64,000 nt of DNA from a phage. Shown in pieces: positions 41,918 through 52,016 of this stretch; position 1 is the first letter of the stretch, and the number at the start of each line of letters is the position of its first letter. The translations under genes were made by a program, and so were the position numbers. The stretch is from sequence record PX393108.1; one strand, written 5' to 3'. The notes below the pieces were generated by a model. That model searched no databases, was not told where the DNA came from, and saw only the letters and a list, made by a program, of their open reading frames with translations.

Positions 41918-43242
41918 TTGATTTCCTCTAAATCTTTGGTGTATTCTGTAACTACATCAGTAGTTTTCCAATATTCGTTTTCTTCTTTTTTAGCTTTAGC
42001 TTCTTCAGCAAGTTTCTTTGCTTCGTCGGAAGTCATATGAAAAATATTCATTCCGACTAGTTTATCAACATAAGAAGAATACATATCAATTTTAGAAAGT
42101 TCTTCAGTCAGTTCTTTGCGAGTTTTACCCTGTACAACGATTTCACCTGAAATTACTTTCTTAATGAAATGTGCCTTGGCAAAGGCTAAACGAAATGCCG
42201 ATTCAGTTTCTTTGATTTTGTTATCAATTCGTTTTTGGACATAAGTTTTACGAACTTCAACGAAGTCTTTAATTAAATCAACTACGTTATCGTAAACTTG
42301 TAGTTTTCCTTTCTCATTAATAACGGTAATATTCTGGGAACGACGCTCAATCAACCCGAAGTCTTTCATGATTTTTGCATGGCGTTCTTCTTCGTTATCG
42401 CTCAAGGAATATTCTTTACGGAATTTAACTTTGAAGCCAAAACCATGCTCACCGCAAGCATCATCCCACGTAATGAAGCCTTTATCTTCAAGCGGGTCTA
42501 AGATTTTACTCACATAAGTTTCACGATCATACTTATACGGAATCTCAGTGATATTCATTTGAGTTCGTGAGGTAAACTTGTACGTTCCACGAATTTCATA
42601 TTGACCGTCAATTTCAACGACTTCACCGCGAAATTCTGGGAATTCTACCTTCGGTTTAGTTACTTTCTTTCCTTGAAGAGCTTGTAGTACAGCTTTCTTG
42701 ACAGAAGAAACGCTATGAGGAAGAATGTAAGTTGCATAACCAGTTGCAATACCGGAAACACCATTAAGAAGAACGGTAGGAATAATAGGCAAATAGAAAG
42801 CAGGCGGAATGTGTTCTTTATCTTGATGTACCGGAGCATATTCAGTATCTTTATATACGTTATAGAAATTTTTACTTACACGAGCAAAAATATAACGACT
42901 TGCCGCTGCTTTTTGAACAGTACGAGAACCAAAGTTTCCTTGACCATCTAACAAAGGAAAGTTATTATTCCAAGTATTAGCCATCAAAGCCCCCGCATCT
43001 TGCGCAGAGTTTTCGCCATGATGATATCCAAGGTCCGCTACACCGCCTGCAATAGAAGCGAGTTTGTGAAACTTATCTTTATTTCCTCGTGCCAAATCAA
43101 GAGCTCGAGCGATAACAAATCGTTGAACTGGCTTAAATCCATCAATCATATTTGGAATAGCACGATTTTCAACCGTGTACATAGCATAAGCCAGTGCTTC
43201 ATTATCAATGATACTTTTTAAATCGCGATTATTCAGTTGCAT
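41914..43242 (-). CDS. 52: gp52 topoisomerase II medium subunit (GyrA-like)
   Basis: 442 aa; size and position as in T4; putative active-site Tyr region present. Confidence 0.95.
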   Translation of the reverse strand: MQLNNRDLKSIIDNEALAYAMYTVENRAIPNMIDGFKPVQRFVIARALDLARGNKDKFHKLASIAGGVADLGYHHGENSAQDAGALMANTWNNNFPLLDGQGNFGSRTVQKAAASRYIFARVSKNFYNVYKDTEYAPVHQDKEHIPPAFYLPIIPTVLLNGVSGIATGYATYILPHSVSSVKKAVLQALQGKKVTKPKVEFPEFRGEVVEIDGQYEIRGTYKFTSRTQMNITEIPYKYDRETYVSKILDPLEDKGFITWDDACGEHGFGFKVKFRKEYSLSDNEEERHAKIMKDFGLIERRSQNITVINEKGKLQVYDNVVDLIKDFVEVRKTYVQKRIDNKIKETESAFRLAFAKAHFIKKVISGEIVVQGKTRKELTEELSKIDMYSSYVDKLVGMNIFHMTSDEAKKLAEEAKAKKEENEYWKTTDVVTEYTKDLEEIK

Positions 43243-43379
43243 AAATTTACCATACTAGTGAATGTAGTGCCATAATAACATCAGAAATGAAAAGCACGAC
43301 TTGAATTAATCCGAACATTACTCCATAATATAGTGCTATCAATAAAATAGCAAGGGCTAATAAATAGCCCAAGATTTTC

Positions 43380-43538
43380 TTAATCATTAGTAGATAACAA
43401 CACAAATGTTAAATATGCACACATACCCTGAGCTAAAGCTTGTGAAAACACACTGCTAGCATCGATGCAGATAGTTAAAACACATGCTACTATCCAACAA
43501 ATAAATGAAATAACTCCTAATAATTTTGCAATATTCAT
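43380..43538 (-). CDS. ac: Ac (acridine-sensitivity) small membrane protein
   Basis: Hand-translated 52 aa MNIAKLLGVISFICWIVACVLTICIDASSVF...; hydrophobic; position between stp and 52. Confidence 0.55.
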   Translation of the reverse strand: MNIAKLLGVISFICWIVACVLTICIDASSVFSQALAQGMCAYLTFVLLSTND

Positions 43539-43545
43539 ATTTTCC

Positions 43546-43626
43546 TCACTGGCGTCCGAAGACGCCTTTAGTTTTAAGATTGTTACGATAGAACTGCATC
43601 ACGTGTTCGTTATGGAAATTACTCAT
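43546..43626 (-). CDS. stp: Stp peptide (activator of host anticodon nuclease)
   Basis: Hand-translated 26 aa [26 protein letters not shown] matching recalled T4 Stp; TAATG overlap with the ndd stop. Confidence 0.7.
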
Positions 43627-44084
43627 TAGTATGCCTGCAAAACAAATTTAAAGTTATCAGCCAACATACGGTTCATTTCTTCAAGCGTTTGATACTCAGA
43701 ATGATGATTACGAGTAAACGCCAAAGCTAACTGACCTTTTCCAAATCCCGTCGTCAGAGGTTTCATCTTAGAAGCAGGTAAATAAAATACCGTGTATGTA
43801 ACATTGTTATTTGCAATAGTACGCGCAAGCTGAGACCGACGCTGGCGAATATGACTTAGAACTGCACTGAATCCTTGCTTAGAACGCTGATTACCTACAT
43901 AAAATCGTGCAGACACACATGGATTACTAAATAGACGACCATCTAATTTACTTACTAAAAAGTAAAATCCAGGGTTAGACAAAATGTCTTTATGCGGAGT
44001 TCCAAAAACCCATTCACCGCCCTTGATTGTACCAATAACAGTTGCGCCTGCATTATTCAGATCAGTAACAGTCATATATTTCAT
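43626..44084 (-). CDS. ndd: Ndd nucleoid-disruption protein
   Basis: 152 aa from [18 protein letters not shown]... with SD GAGGAAA; the track's upstream ATG lacks an SD. Confidence 0.85.
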
Positions 44085-44144
44085 TTTAATTTCCTCTAAA
44101 TTATTTTCTACTCCAAGGCCGCATGAATACACACGGCCGATAAA

Positions 44145-44360
44145 TTAATCGTCGCAGTCGACGCTCAATTCCCAGAACTCTTCTACGGTATAAGTTTCAG
44201 TATCATTTTCAATACAGAAACGTTCATTGCTGTTATTTGCTAAAGTAGCGTTAACTGTCATTTTCTCGCTAGTGCTCTTAAGAGGTGAAATACGAATTAA
44301 CTGATCACCATTATCTAAACAGAAAATTTCACCAACTTTTACATCTTTAAAAATTTTCAT
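44145..44360 (-). CDS. hypothetical protein (71 aa)
   Basis: ORF track. Confidence 0.5.
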   Translation of the reverse strand: MKIFKDVKVGEIFCLDNGDQLIRISPLKSTSEKMTVNATLANNSNERFCIENDTETYTVEEFWELSVDCDD

Positions 44361-44368
44361 AATTCACC

Positions 44369-44479
44369 TCAAGGAGTATAAAATCCAAATGCAGTTGTTG
44401 ACCATCCCATCCAATATGGGAAATTTGCGCCAATATAAAACATAAGAATATAAAACCAACCGCTCAGCAAATTCATCAT
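44369..44479 (-). CDS. small hydrophobic peptide (36 aa), not in track
   Basis: Hand-translated MMNLLSGWFYILMFYIGANFPYWMGWSTTAFGFYTP; ATGA overlap with the upstream ORF. Confidence 0.35.
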   Translation of the reverse strand: MMNLLSGWFYILMFYIGANFPYWMGWSTTAFGFYTP

Positions 44480-44694
44480 TTTACACCATTCCAAATTGTT
44501 TCAACCACAGATTTTAAGCCATTTTGGTGAATATCCATTCCGACAACTGCCATCAAATAGATTCCAACTACAACTGAACCTAAGGCGAAAATCAACATGA
44601 AAATGAATAAAGCTGGAAAAATATTATCGAAAAACCATTCAATAAATGTAAAAGCACTACGTTTACGCTTCATATTTTCCTCACATAAATCCAA
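44476..44694 (-). CDS. small membrane protein (72 aa)
   Basis: ORF track; hydrophobic helix FPALFIFMLIFALGSVVVGIYLMAVVG. Confidence 0.5.
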   Translation of the reverse strand: MDLCEENMKRKRSAFTFIEWFFDNIFPALFIFMLIFALGSVVVGIYLMAVVGMDIHQNGLKSVVETIWNGVK

Positions 44695-44794
44695 AGTAAG
44701 CGTTTAATACATCAATCATTAAAACGATTGGGAATATACTCAAAACTACTAATATTATAACTACATTCCATATAGCTTTAACAATCTTTTTCAT
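44681..44794 (-). CDS. small membrane peptide (37 aa)
   Basis: MKKIVKAIWNVVIILVVLSIFPIVLMIDVLNAYFGFM from the internal ATG with strong SD GGAGG; the longer track ORF would overlap the promoter. Confidence 0.4.
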   Translation of the reverse strand: MKKIVKAIWNVVIILVVLSIFPIVLMIDVLNAYFGFM

Positions 44795-44822
44795 TTTCTG
44801 TTCCTCCGTAGTTGATAGGGTA

Positions 44823-44852
44823 ATAATACCACAGAGGAACAGTCTTGTAAAC
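44823..44852 (-). promoter_or_regulatory. T4 early-type promoter (-35 GTTTAC, -10 TATTAT)
   Basis: Reverse complement of gtaaac 44847-44852 and ataata 44823-44828. Confidence 0.45.
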
Positions 44853-44859
44853 AACTTTT

Positions 44860-44958
44860 TTAAAAATATTCGTAATAAATGTGAATACCAACTACTACCG
44901 CTGAAACTTGTGCAACCCACCACGCACAAGCAATAAGTACAGAATTCAAAATTTTCAT
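44860..44958 (-). CDS. small hydrophobic peptide (32 aa), not in track
   Basis: Hand-translated MKILNSVLIACAWWVAQVSAVVVGIHIYYEYF; SD GAGGT. Confidence 0.35.
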   Translation of the reverse strand: MKILNSVLIACAWWVAQVSAVVVGIHIYYEYF

Positions 44959-45041
44959 AATAACCTCATCACAAAAGTAAATACTAAACAAATCAATGGA
45001 ATACTAATTAACCAAACAAAACACCACCACAATGAACTCAT
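44955..45041 (-). CDS. small hydrophobic peptide (28 aa), not in track
   Basis: Hand-translated MSSLWWCFVWLISIPLICLVFTFVMRLL; ATGA overlaps at both ends. Confidence 0.3.
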   Translation of the reverse strand: MSSLWWCFVWLISIPLICLVFTFVMRLL

Positions 45042-45310
45042 AGTTCAATCTCAGCGATTTTCATTTCATTACTATTAATAGCCGCTTTAAGACTATCTGA
45101 AAGAATTACATTCCAGTGGTCATTCATATGACCATTAACTAAACGTGTAATTTCTTCGGGAGTTGAAAAATAAGGCGTATCAGACTCCCAATGCGATAGT
45201 CCCAAGCGAGTATAAATCATACCTTCATCATCGCTAGAATATTCAACTGACACAAACTCATCAGTTATTTTATGTTTAGCGTAATAAAATTTAAATTTCA
45301 TTTTACTCAA
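45038..45310 (-). CDS. hypothetical protein (90 aa)
   Basis: ORF track. Confidence 0.5.
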   Translation of the reverse strand: MSKMKFKFYYAKHKITDEFVSVEYSSDDEGMIYTRLGLSHWESDTPYFSTPEEITRLVNGHMNDHWNVILSDSLKAAINSNEMKIAEIEL

Positions 45311-45513
45311 TAATCCGCTAAAAGATCGACGATTGCATCACGAAGACACTTATTCGCAATACGCTTAAGAGCAATTTCAGTTTCTGGAGCATTTTGAATA
45401 ATCATTGAATTCAATTCAGCCTCAGCAAACTGAAGTTCTTTAACTAATTCAGCTTTATATTTTCCTTGCCCTTTCTTAGCTTTTGCTCGTTTTAATTCAG
45501 CTGTAGTAAACAT
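45307..45513 (-). CDS. hypothetical protein (68 aa from internal ATG)
   Basis: MFTTAELKRAKAKKGQGKYK... with SD GGAGAA; the upstream part of the track ORF overlaps the promoter cassette. Confidence 0.45.
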   Translation of the reverse strand: MFTTAELKRAKAKKGQGKYKAELVKELQFAEAELNSMIIQNAPETEIALKRIANKCLRDAIVDLLADY

Positions 45514-45547
45514 TTTGTTCTCCAAATCCGTATCAGTTGATAGTTGT

Positions 45548-45577
45548 ATAGTACCACAGTCCTTGTGGTATGTAAAC
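45548..45577 (-). promoter_or_regulatory. T4 early-type promoter, near-identical cassette copy
   Basis: gatagttgtatagtaccacagtccttgtggtatgtaaaccgttttgtgaaaa is shared with the copy at 24328-24380. Confidence 0.5.
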
Positions 45578-45593
45578 CGTTTTGTGAAAATTT

Positions 45594-46151
45594 TTAAATG
45601 GAAAGATACCATCCGTTGTAGTTGCTTTTTCTTACAACCTTACGAAGGTCTTCTCTATCACCGATGAACTTCGGAGTGTACTGGATGACACCTGGATGAA
45701 TTTCTTTAGTGTTGAATATAATTATACAGTCAGCGACCTGATGATTCAGAATGGGCCCTAGATTTATTCCAGAACCGTATGGATACTCTCCGCTGCATCC
45801 GGTTGTTACCGAAATCCAGCGTGAGTCAGTTTGGTGTGTTTTGACTTCTACACGAAGCCCGCAATATCTTGGATGCGCCAATACATCCCATGCATATGTA
45901 TACGGGTCATTAACATCCTCTTGGCCTTTGTTAACATACCCGCTCAACCAATCTGCTACAAAAAACTCTGCATACACAGCGATACGGCATCTTTCGATGA
46001 CTTCTGCTTTATCCTGATTAGGATTTTGTTTTAAAGAGTATCTTGCTGTATCAGCAATTTTGACCTTCATTTCACTAGTCAAGTCATTGTTCGATAGGGT
46101 AAATGTCGGAATCTGAAATAGTCTCTGTAAACCCGGATTCGTTTTCTGCAT
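45594..46151 (-). CDS. denB: endonuclease IV
   Basis: 185 aa; size and position next to rIIB as in T4. Confidence 0.85.
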   Translation of the reverse strand: MQKTNPGLQRLFQIPTFTLSNNDLTSEMKVKIADTARYSLKQNPNQDKAEVIERCRIAVYAEFFVADWLSGYVNKGQEDVNDPYTYAWDVLAHPRYCGLRVEVKTHQTDSRWISVTTGCSGEYPYGSGINLGPILNHQVADCIIIFNTKEIHPGVIQYTPKFIGDREDLRKVVRKSNYNGWYLSI

Positions 46152-46217
46152 TGAACTTTCCTTTTACGTCGGAATCACTGATATTCATACAATAAATCAT
46201 AGTTTCCCTTAAAACAA

Positions 46218-46233
46218 AAGGGCCGAAGCCCTT
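46218..46233 (-). other. UUCG hairpin (AAGGGC-UUCG-GCCCUU)
   Basis: Perfect stem/loop between denB and the 64-aa ORF. Confidence 0.45.
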
Positions 46234-46237
46234 TATT

Positions 46238-46432
46238 TTATTTGAACTGTGCAATTCTTTTCTCTAAACAATCCGCGTAAGATTTCATTGAGATGAACTG
46301 CGAAAGCAACAGTTCTTGCTCAACTGCATTAACCGTTGAAAACTTTTCACTTTCTAAAAATTTGCTCAGTGCATTAATTTTGAGCATTAATTGATCGTAT
46401 TCTTCTTTTACTCGTGCTTGATAACCTAACAT
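46238..46432 (-). CDS. hypothetical protein (64 aa)
   Basis: ORF track; SD AAGGAAAA follows an upstream hairpin. Confidence 0.5.
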   Translation of the reverse strand: MLGYQARVKEEYDQLMLKINALSKFLESEKFSTVNAVEQELLLSQFISMKSYADCLEKRIAQFK

Positions 46433-46446
46433 AATTTTCCTTAGTT

Positions 46447-46462
46447 AAGGGCCGAAGCCCTT
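46447..46462 (-). other. UUCG hairpin (AAGGGC-UUCG-GCCCUU) at the rIIB 3' end
   Basis: Second near-identical copy of the 46218 hairpin, immediately 5' of the next SD. Confidence 0.45.
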
Positions 46463-47399
46463 ATTTAAATTGTTCAGTAACGTCTTCAACTACTTCGTAT
46501 TGGCAGGTACGCATTTTAGCATCGTTGTAATCAATCGGAATTGATACTACATCGCGAGGATGTACTTTAACTTTTACAACTCGGCTGGTTGAACTGCCAA
46601 AGTGACGAATATAAGATTTAGAACACACGTGCAGACCGCGAGAACAAGTTTGTGTATCATCGTCATTCACACGAGTACGTGGCATTTTAACTACTTTACC
46701 AGGGCTGTTATCAAAGGTATTTGAGTGACAGTCAAAGTAATTGCTGCGAACTACTTTCCAAGCATAGAAGTAGCCGTCTTCTGTAATTTCAATATCGTTT
46801 GCTACCAAGAAATCAAAGAGTCGAGATACCGCTTTTTGGCTCGGGTTTTCCAACAGATTTTCCAAGAACGGAAAATAAAATTCAAAGTTTTCGCCTTTTT
46901 CCATCGAATCGAGAATACGATCAACTAAACCAGACCGCAATTCAATATTTTGATAGAACAAGCTTCCACCTTCAATTCGAACATCACCGGAAATATATTT
47001 TTCAACAGCGCGCCGAACGTTAATTTTTTGCGCTGCTTCTTCCAATTTATCTGCAACAAGCAGATTAAGAATTTCTTGGAAGTTTGAATGAGTATTAGGA
47101 GTTGCGTTATAAGTTACGCCGTCAACGGTAATTGAAATGAATTTTTTAGATGCATTCCAAATAATGTCAGATTTAGCAACTGGAGCAATAGCTGCATCGC
47201 TCTTAACTGTAACTGTAATGTCACCGCTAATGGTAACTTTGGAACGCTCAGCTTCTTCAGCATTTTTCAAAACACGACGGATTGTGTCAACCGATACACC
47301 TTGCCAATCAGCCAATTCCTGTTGAGTGTAATTACCACTTGAATACAGTTTGACAATTTCAGCTTGTTCGTTTTTGGTCAGGCATTTAATATTGTACAT
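46461..47399 (-). CDS. rIIB: rIIB membrane-associated protein
   Basis: 312 aa; MYNIKCLTKNEQAEIVKLYSSGNYTQQELADWQGVSVDTIRR... matches recalled T4 rIIB. Confidence 0.95.
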   Translation of the reverse strand: MYNIKCLTKNEQAEIVKLYSSGNYTQQELADWQGVSVDTIRRVLKNAEEAERSKVTISGDITVTVKSDAAIAPVAKSDIIWNASKKFISITVDGVTYNATPNTHSNFQEILNLLVADKLEEAAQKINVRRAVEKYISGDVRIEGGSLFYQNIELRSGLVDRILDSMEKGENFEFYFPFLENLLENPSQKAVSRLFDFLVANDIEITEDGYFYAWKVVRSNYFDCHSNTFDNSPGKVVKMPRTRVNDDDTQTCSRGLHVCSKSYIRHFGSSTSRVVKVKVHPRDVVSIPIDYNDAKMRTCQYEVVEDVTEQFK

Positions 47400-47410
47400 A
47401 ATTTTCCTTA

Positions 47411-49588
47411 TTAGGCCGCAAGGGCCTTCATAGTTTTAGCGATTTGGGAAACTTCATCATCACTTAAAGAGTTGCGATAACCGATGAAGTCGGAAACAAT
47501 ACGGAATTTCTTGGTAAACTCAGCAACCATTTTATCACTGTTTTTTGAAGCATTATTTGATAGTACATCAAAAAGATTAGTTACTGTCCAGATGTCATGA
47601 CCGATGGTACCTTTTCCACCGTTGAAATATATGCCCTGCAATGAACTAACCATATTACCAAGGCGAGTATATTCTTCAGAAACTTCATCTACACTGAAGT
47701 ACTTCATCATAAAATCTAGTTCAGGATACTTGATAATTTTATCAATATATCGTTTAGCTGAACTTGAATAACCTACATACTTATCATAATCTACAGCATC
47801 AAAAGCATCTACATATAAATCACGTAGAGTTTCAAAAATACATTGACACTGACCGAGTTCTTTTACCTTTTTCTGCAAAAGCGGACGAATAACATAAAAT
47901 TCATTAATGCCAATAAGATTAGCCATACGAGTCAAAATACTCGTAGATGGATGACAAAGCGATGTAGTACCATCCATAGAGAAAATATCAGAACGATGCA
48001 TGTATGCTACGTAACCAGTAATTTCATCTGCTTCTGACGTAAGTGTAAACAATTCCTCTTTTTCCCAGCGCCCGTCTTTAATTTCAAACTTAAACGCAGT
48101 AGCAGCTTTAGGACGAGGAGCTTTACTTTTAACTGCCTTCGGAATATAACTTTTAACTAAAGCTTCAATTTCTGACAAATAATGAATGTTAACTTCATCA
48201 CTTTCAAACATTGCCATAATATCAGGGAGTAAATCAATCTGTGATTCTACTTCCGGATTAATAAACAGAAGCCGCTCATTGTGATGAATATTCAAAGTGT
48301 TATTAAATTCACTATCATCTAACGCGCGTGCTAATCCACGGACAATATTAACACGATTTTTAGTATTATCAATAACAATATTAATTTTTGTCGTATTAAT
48401 ACCAAACAGACGATAGCTTGATGCAACGGCTGAAGTTTCATGACTTTGCTTAATGCGTTTCAGTCGAGGATCAAGATTTACTTCATACACAACCCCTGCA
48501 TTGCATAACTTACTGTCAGGTTCAAACATGCTCTGCATCTTTTTATATGACAGATTTTTAGTCGTGAATTTGACTGAATTGCTAATCATATAATCTCGAG
48601 CAGAATATCCCATCTTCATCAATTCACGGTATGTATGACGAGGAGATGTAGATTCTTTAAATCGTTTTACATCTTCATTGAATGCCTTCTCACTAAGCTC
48701 TTTAACACGCTCAATAATATTTTTACGAGTACGATCATCCAGCGAAAGAGCCTCACGCGATGGAGCAATATCAAGTGAACCCATCGGAAACTTAATATAA
48801 TTCACTTCATTGCGAATGCTTAACCAGTTACGGTCTCTAATAACACCGTCAATAGGATAAACAATACCGCCATAGATAGCATACAATCCACCACGATCTG
48901 GCCAGTATCTTTCTGGATTTACGCCGTAATAATCATCAAAATCCGGAAAATAATCAATTTCACGGTCAAGACCATTAATGATAGCCAAATCTTTGAATGG
49001 TCGCATGATATAAGAAACTTCATAAGCAAAGTTTCTAAAGTCTTTTTCTTCAACTGGAACTACGATTTCAATGCCAGTTTTATCATCTGGACCCATTTCT
49101 TTTACGAATGTAGGTTTAATCTGTGGACCATCACCATCCATGTAAGCTACATAACCACGAATTTCACCTTTATGATATGAAGTAATACTAAATGTATCAG
49201 TATAACTAAACGGAGATTTAGAACCTAAACCAAATCCACCAATGAAATCATTAGATTCAGCCTTAGATGAACTGAAGTATGAATTATACAACCCAGGAGA
49301 ATTATCATCACCTTGAATATCAAAATCGCTCATACCTGGACCAAAATCTCGACAAACAAATCGCGGATCTAATCGTCCTGGAACTTGAATGATAAATTTT
49401 TCAGGATTTCCATTGAGAGCATGAGCATCAATCATGTTGGTAATCAATTCACGGACTACTGCGCGAATCTTGTTTGTATACAAATCAGATGACAGAATTT
49501 TAAATACTTTAAGAGACGCTGTGATGCTAAATGCTTTTGATTTAGAACCATTACCAAGAATTGTTTCTTTTTCAGTGGTGATAATCAT
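47411..49588 (-). CDS. rIIA: rIIA protein (GHKL-type ATPase fold)
   Basis: 725 aa, same length as T4 rIIA; N-terminal ATPase-like region. Confidence 0.95.
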   Translation of the reverse strand: MIITTEKETILGNGSKSKAFSITASLKVFKILSSDLYTNKIRAVVRELITNMIDAHALNGNPEKFIIQVPGRLDPRFVCRDFGPGMSDFDIQGDDNSPGLYNSYFSSSKAESNDFIGGFGLGSKSPFSYTDTFSITSYHKGEIRGYVAYMDGDGPQIKPTFVKEMGPDDKTGIEIVVPVEEKDFRNFAYEVSYIMRPFKDLAIINGLDREIDYFPDFDDYYGVNPERYWPDRGGLYAIYGGIVYPIDGVIRDRNWLSIRNEVNYIKFPMGSLDIAPSREALSLDDRTRKNIIERVKELSEKAFNEDVKRFKESTSPRHTYRELMKMGYSARDYMISNSVKFTTKNLSYKKMQSMFEPDSKLCNAGVVYEVNLDPRLKRIKQSHETSAVASSYRLFGINTTKINIVIDNTKNRVNIVRGLARALDDSEFNNTLNIHHNERLLFINPEVESQIDLLPDIMAMFESDEVNIHYLSEIEALVKSYIPKAVKSKAPRPKAATAFKFEIKDGRWEKEELFTLTSEADEITGYVAYMHRSDIFSMDGTTSLCHPSTSILTRMANLIGINEFYVIRPLLQKKVKELGQCQCIFETLRDLYVDAFDAVDYDKYVGYSSSAKRYIDKIIKYPELDFMMKYFSVDEVSEEYTRLGNMVSSLQGIYFNGGKGTIGHDIWTVTNLFDVLSNNASKNSDKMVAEFTKKFRIVSDFIGYRNSLSDDEVSQIAKTMKALAA

Positions 49589-49598
49589 AATTTCCTCA

Positions 49599-49802
49599 TT
49601 AATTCATATTGCGTTTAATAACTTCAGCAACTTCTAGTAGTTCATCTTTAGTTGCGGTGTCGGATTGAATTTTATCTCTAATATCCTTAAAGCGGTTTTT
49701 AAACTCTTCGGCTTCTCCCATATCGAAAAAGCGTTGAATGATTCTATATTCTCGATGAACTGCTTTATCAAAAAGTTCTAAATTTACTTTATATGATTTC
49801 AT
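49599..49802 (-). CDS. hypothetical protein (rIIA.1 position)
   Basis: ORF track, 67 aa; good early promoter upstream. Confidence 0.6.
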   Translation of the reverse strand: MKSYKVNLELFDKAVHREYRIIQRFFDMGEAEEFKNRFKDIRDKIQSDTATKDELLEVAEVIKRNMN

Positions 49803-49827
49803 TTCAATATCCTCATTTGCCCAATTA

Positions 49828-49857
49828 ATTATACCACATCCTTGTGGTAAAGTAAAC
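49828..49857 (-). promoter_or_regulatory. T4 early-type promoter (-35 GTTTAC, -10 TATAAT)
   Basis: Reverse complement of gtaaac 49852-49857 and attata 49828-49833, 18-nt spacer. Confidence 0.55.
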
Positions 49858-51677
49858 TATTGGCTCATCCATTCTTTACGAAGGTCAGCATTATCTCCCA
49901 TGAGCATTTCAAAAAGCTCTTTCCAGTTCTCAGGAAGTTTAACAACATCATATACTGGGTTTTGAATCATCTCACGATATTCAGATTTTTCCAAAGAGCC
50001 AAGTCCCTTAATATAACGGATGCTATGTTTAGGTAGAGCATCTTTAGCACTCTCATATTCAGCGACTGTATAAAACCATTCTTGTTTTTTACCGACCTGA
50101 GCGATGATTACAGGAGTTTTGACAAAGCGAATTCTTCCTTGTTCAAACAGTTCTGGCCAATTACTAAAAAATCCGAGCAGAGAAGGATAAATGCTTCCTA
50201 GACCATCATGGTCAGCATCGGTCATAATAGCAATATTATGATAATTCAAGTTTTCGGCTTTTTCACCAAGAACTAATCCAGTGATTGCGCAAATATCAAA
50301 CAGTTCTTTGTTTTTAAGCATATCAGCATATGACATACCCCAACTGTTGAGAACTTTACCACGTAATGGATAACCACCATGAAGTTCTTTATCACGAACA
50401 TCAATAAGATACCCAATAGCCGAATCACCCTCAGTCAAGAAAAGAGTAGTGTCAGCATCTTTACCACAAAGATTCGCTTTAATATGTTTATGAACCTTAG
50501 CTTTAGAAGCCTTTTTAGCTGCTTTAGTTTCTGCTGCTTTTTCTGCCGCCAATTTACGAGCCAAAGCAGCTTCAATGATTGGCATTAAAATTGCTTCATT
50601 ATTTAAAATAGCACGTGAAATCTTTTTAGCATCAAGCTGAATATGACTACGAATTTCACCAAATGGAGAAGTCAAACGCTCTTTAGTTTGAGAATCAAAT
50701 CGCATGTTTTTCATATCACGGACAAACATAACGATAGTCAAACATTCTTTAACACGTGCTTTAGTTACATCAATTTTGAACTTACGTTTGATTTGTGGAA
50801 TAAGGTCTTCACAAATATCATCCATAACACAGTCAATGTGATGACCACCATTCTTAGTATGAATGTTATTGACGTATGTTAATTGACGAAAACCATCCGG
50901 TGAACGACCAACCGCAATAGAGCAATTTTCCTGTTCTTGAACGATAGCATGCTCATCATATTGGCGTGCATATTTCTTAAAATTACCTTGAACCTTTTTG
51001 CCATTAAAGGTAAATTGAATATCAGGATAAACTACTGCAAGTGTCTGGAGACGATCTAGTGTAATGTCAAGATAAACTTGAGATAGCTCATTAGTTTCAA
51101 ATGACATAAAATCAGGAATGAAAGTAACGCGAGTTCCTTTCCATTTTCCAGGAATAGTTTCCCATGATTTATTTTCCATGCCGTTTGAACAACGAACTAC
51201 AATATTATTTTGACCGTCGCCAGTTTCACCGACAAACATCACAGAAAAAATGTTAGTTAAACTAGAGCCAACACCGTTCATACCGCCAGTGACGCGTTCT
51301 TTGTCATCGCCGAAGTTACCACCTGCTTTTGGAATAGTCCAGGCAGCAACAGGACCAGGAATTTCTTCACCGGTAGGTGTTTTAACCATCGCCTGTGGAA
51401 TACCACGACCGTTATCTTCAACTGTTACTTGATTGTTTTTGATAGTAACATTAATTTTATTCGCGAATTTAAACTTAGTACGAATACCTTCATCTACTGA
51501 GTTATCGATAATTTCATCAATAAGCTTAACAAGACCAGGTACATACTGAACACTTTCCCATTTACCAAACAGAAAGCGCTCATGCATTTCATTAGCAGAA
51601 GAGCCAATATACATGCCGCTACGCTTTTTGATATGTTCAATATCGCTCAGAATTTTAATTTCATTCTTAATCATCAC
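49857..51677 (-). CDS. 39: gp39 topoisomerase II large subunit (GyrB-like), uninterrupted
   Basis: 606 aa single ORF with ATPase N-terminal region and TOPRIM-like C-terminal part (EGDSA ... DxDG). Confidence 0.95.
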   Translation of the reverse strand: MMIKNEIKILSDIEHIKKRSGMYIGSSANEMHERFLFGKWESVQYVPGLVKLIDEIIDNSVDEGIRTKFKFANKINVTIKNNQVTVEDNGRGIPQAMVKTPTGEEIPGPVAAWTIPKAGGNFGDDKERVTGGMNGVGSSLTNIFSVMFVGETGDGQNNIVVRCSNGMENKSWETIPGKWKGTRVTFIPDFMSFETNELSQVYLDITLDRLQTLAVVYPDIQFTFNGKKVQGNFKKYARQYDEHAIVQEQENCSIAVGRSPDGFRQLTYVNNIHTKNGGHHIDCVMDDICEDLIPQIKRKFKIDVTKARVKECLTIVMFVRDMKNMRFDSQTKERLTSPFGEIRSHIQLDAKKISRAILNNEAILMPIIEAALARKLAAEKAAETKAAKKASKAKVHKHIKANLCGKDADTTLFLTEGDSAIGYLIDVRDKELHGGYPLRGKVLNSWGMSYADMLKNKELFDICAITGLVLGEKAENLNYHNIAIMTDADHDGLGSIYPSLLGFFSNWPELFEQGRIRFVKTPVIIAQVGKKQEWFYTVAEYESAKDALPKHSIRYIKGLGSLEKSEYREMIQNPVYDVVKLPENWKELFEMLMGDNADLRKEWMSQ

Positions 51678-51726
51678 TTATCCTCGTTTGGTTTCGGAAA
51701 TATTATACTCCAGTAATCATAAAGCT

Positions 51727-51744
51727 AAAGGCCCGAAGGCCTTT
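51727..51744 (-). other. UUCG hairpin (AAAGGCC-UUCG-GGCCUUU)
   Basis: Same sequence as the hairpin at 3625-3642; lies between the lipoprotein ORF and gene 39. Confidence 0.45.
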
Positions 51745-52016
51745 TATTTAAAGCGGATAGTCGAATCCTTGAAGAATAGACCAGAACATACGGTTCCTTC
51801 TACTTTCTGCCCGGTAGGTCCAATAGCACGAAATCCAGTATGTTGGAAATCATTTTCAGAGCAACCGAACCAATTATATCCAGTGATTTCAATATTAGTA
51901 AAACCACTTGAAGACAAAACTTTGGTTGCATTATCAGCATCAGTACATCCTACTAAAGATACTGCTAATACTAATGCCGCGATAGAACGATTAACATATT
52001 TCATAATTTCACTCAA
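51744..52016 (-). CDS. putative lipoprotein (90 aa)
   Basis: Signal peptide with lipobox LVGC|T. Confidence 0.55.
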   Translation of the reverse strand: MSEIMKYVNRSIAALVLAVSLVGCTDADNATKVLSSSGFTNIEITGYNWFGCSENDFQHTGFRAIGPTGQKVEGTVCSGLFFKDSTIRFK

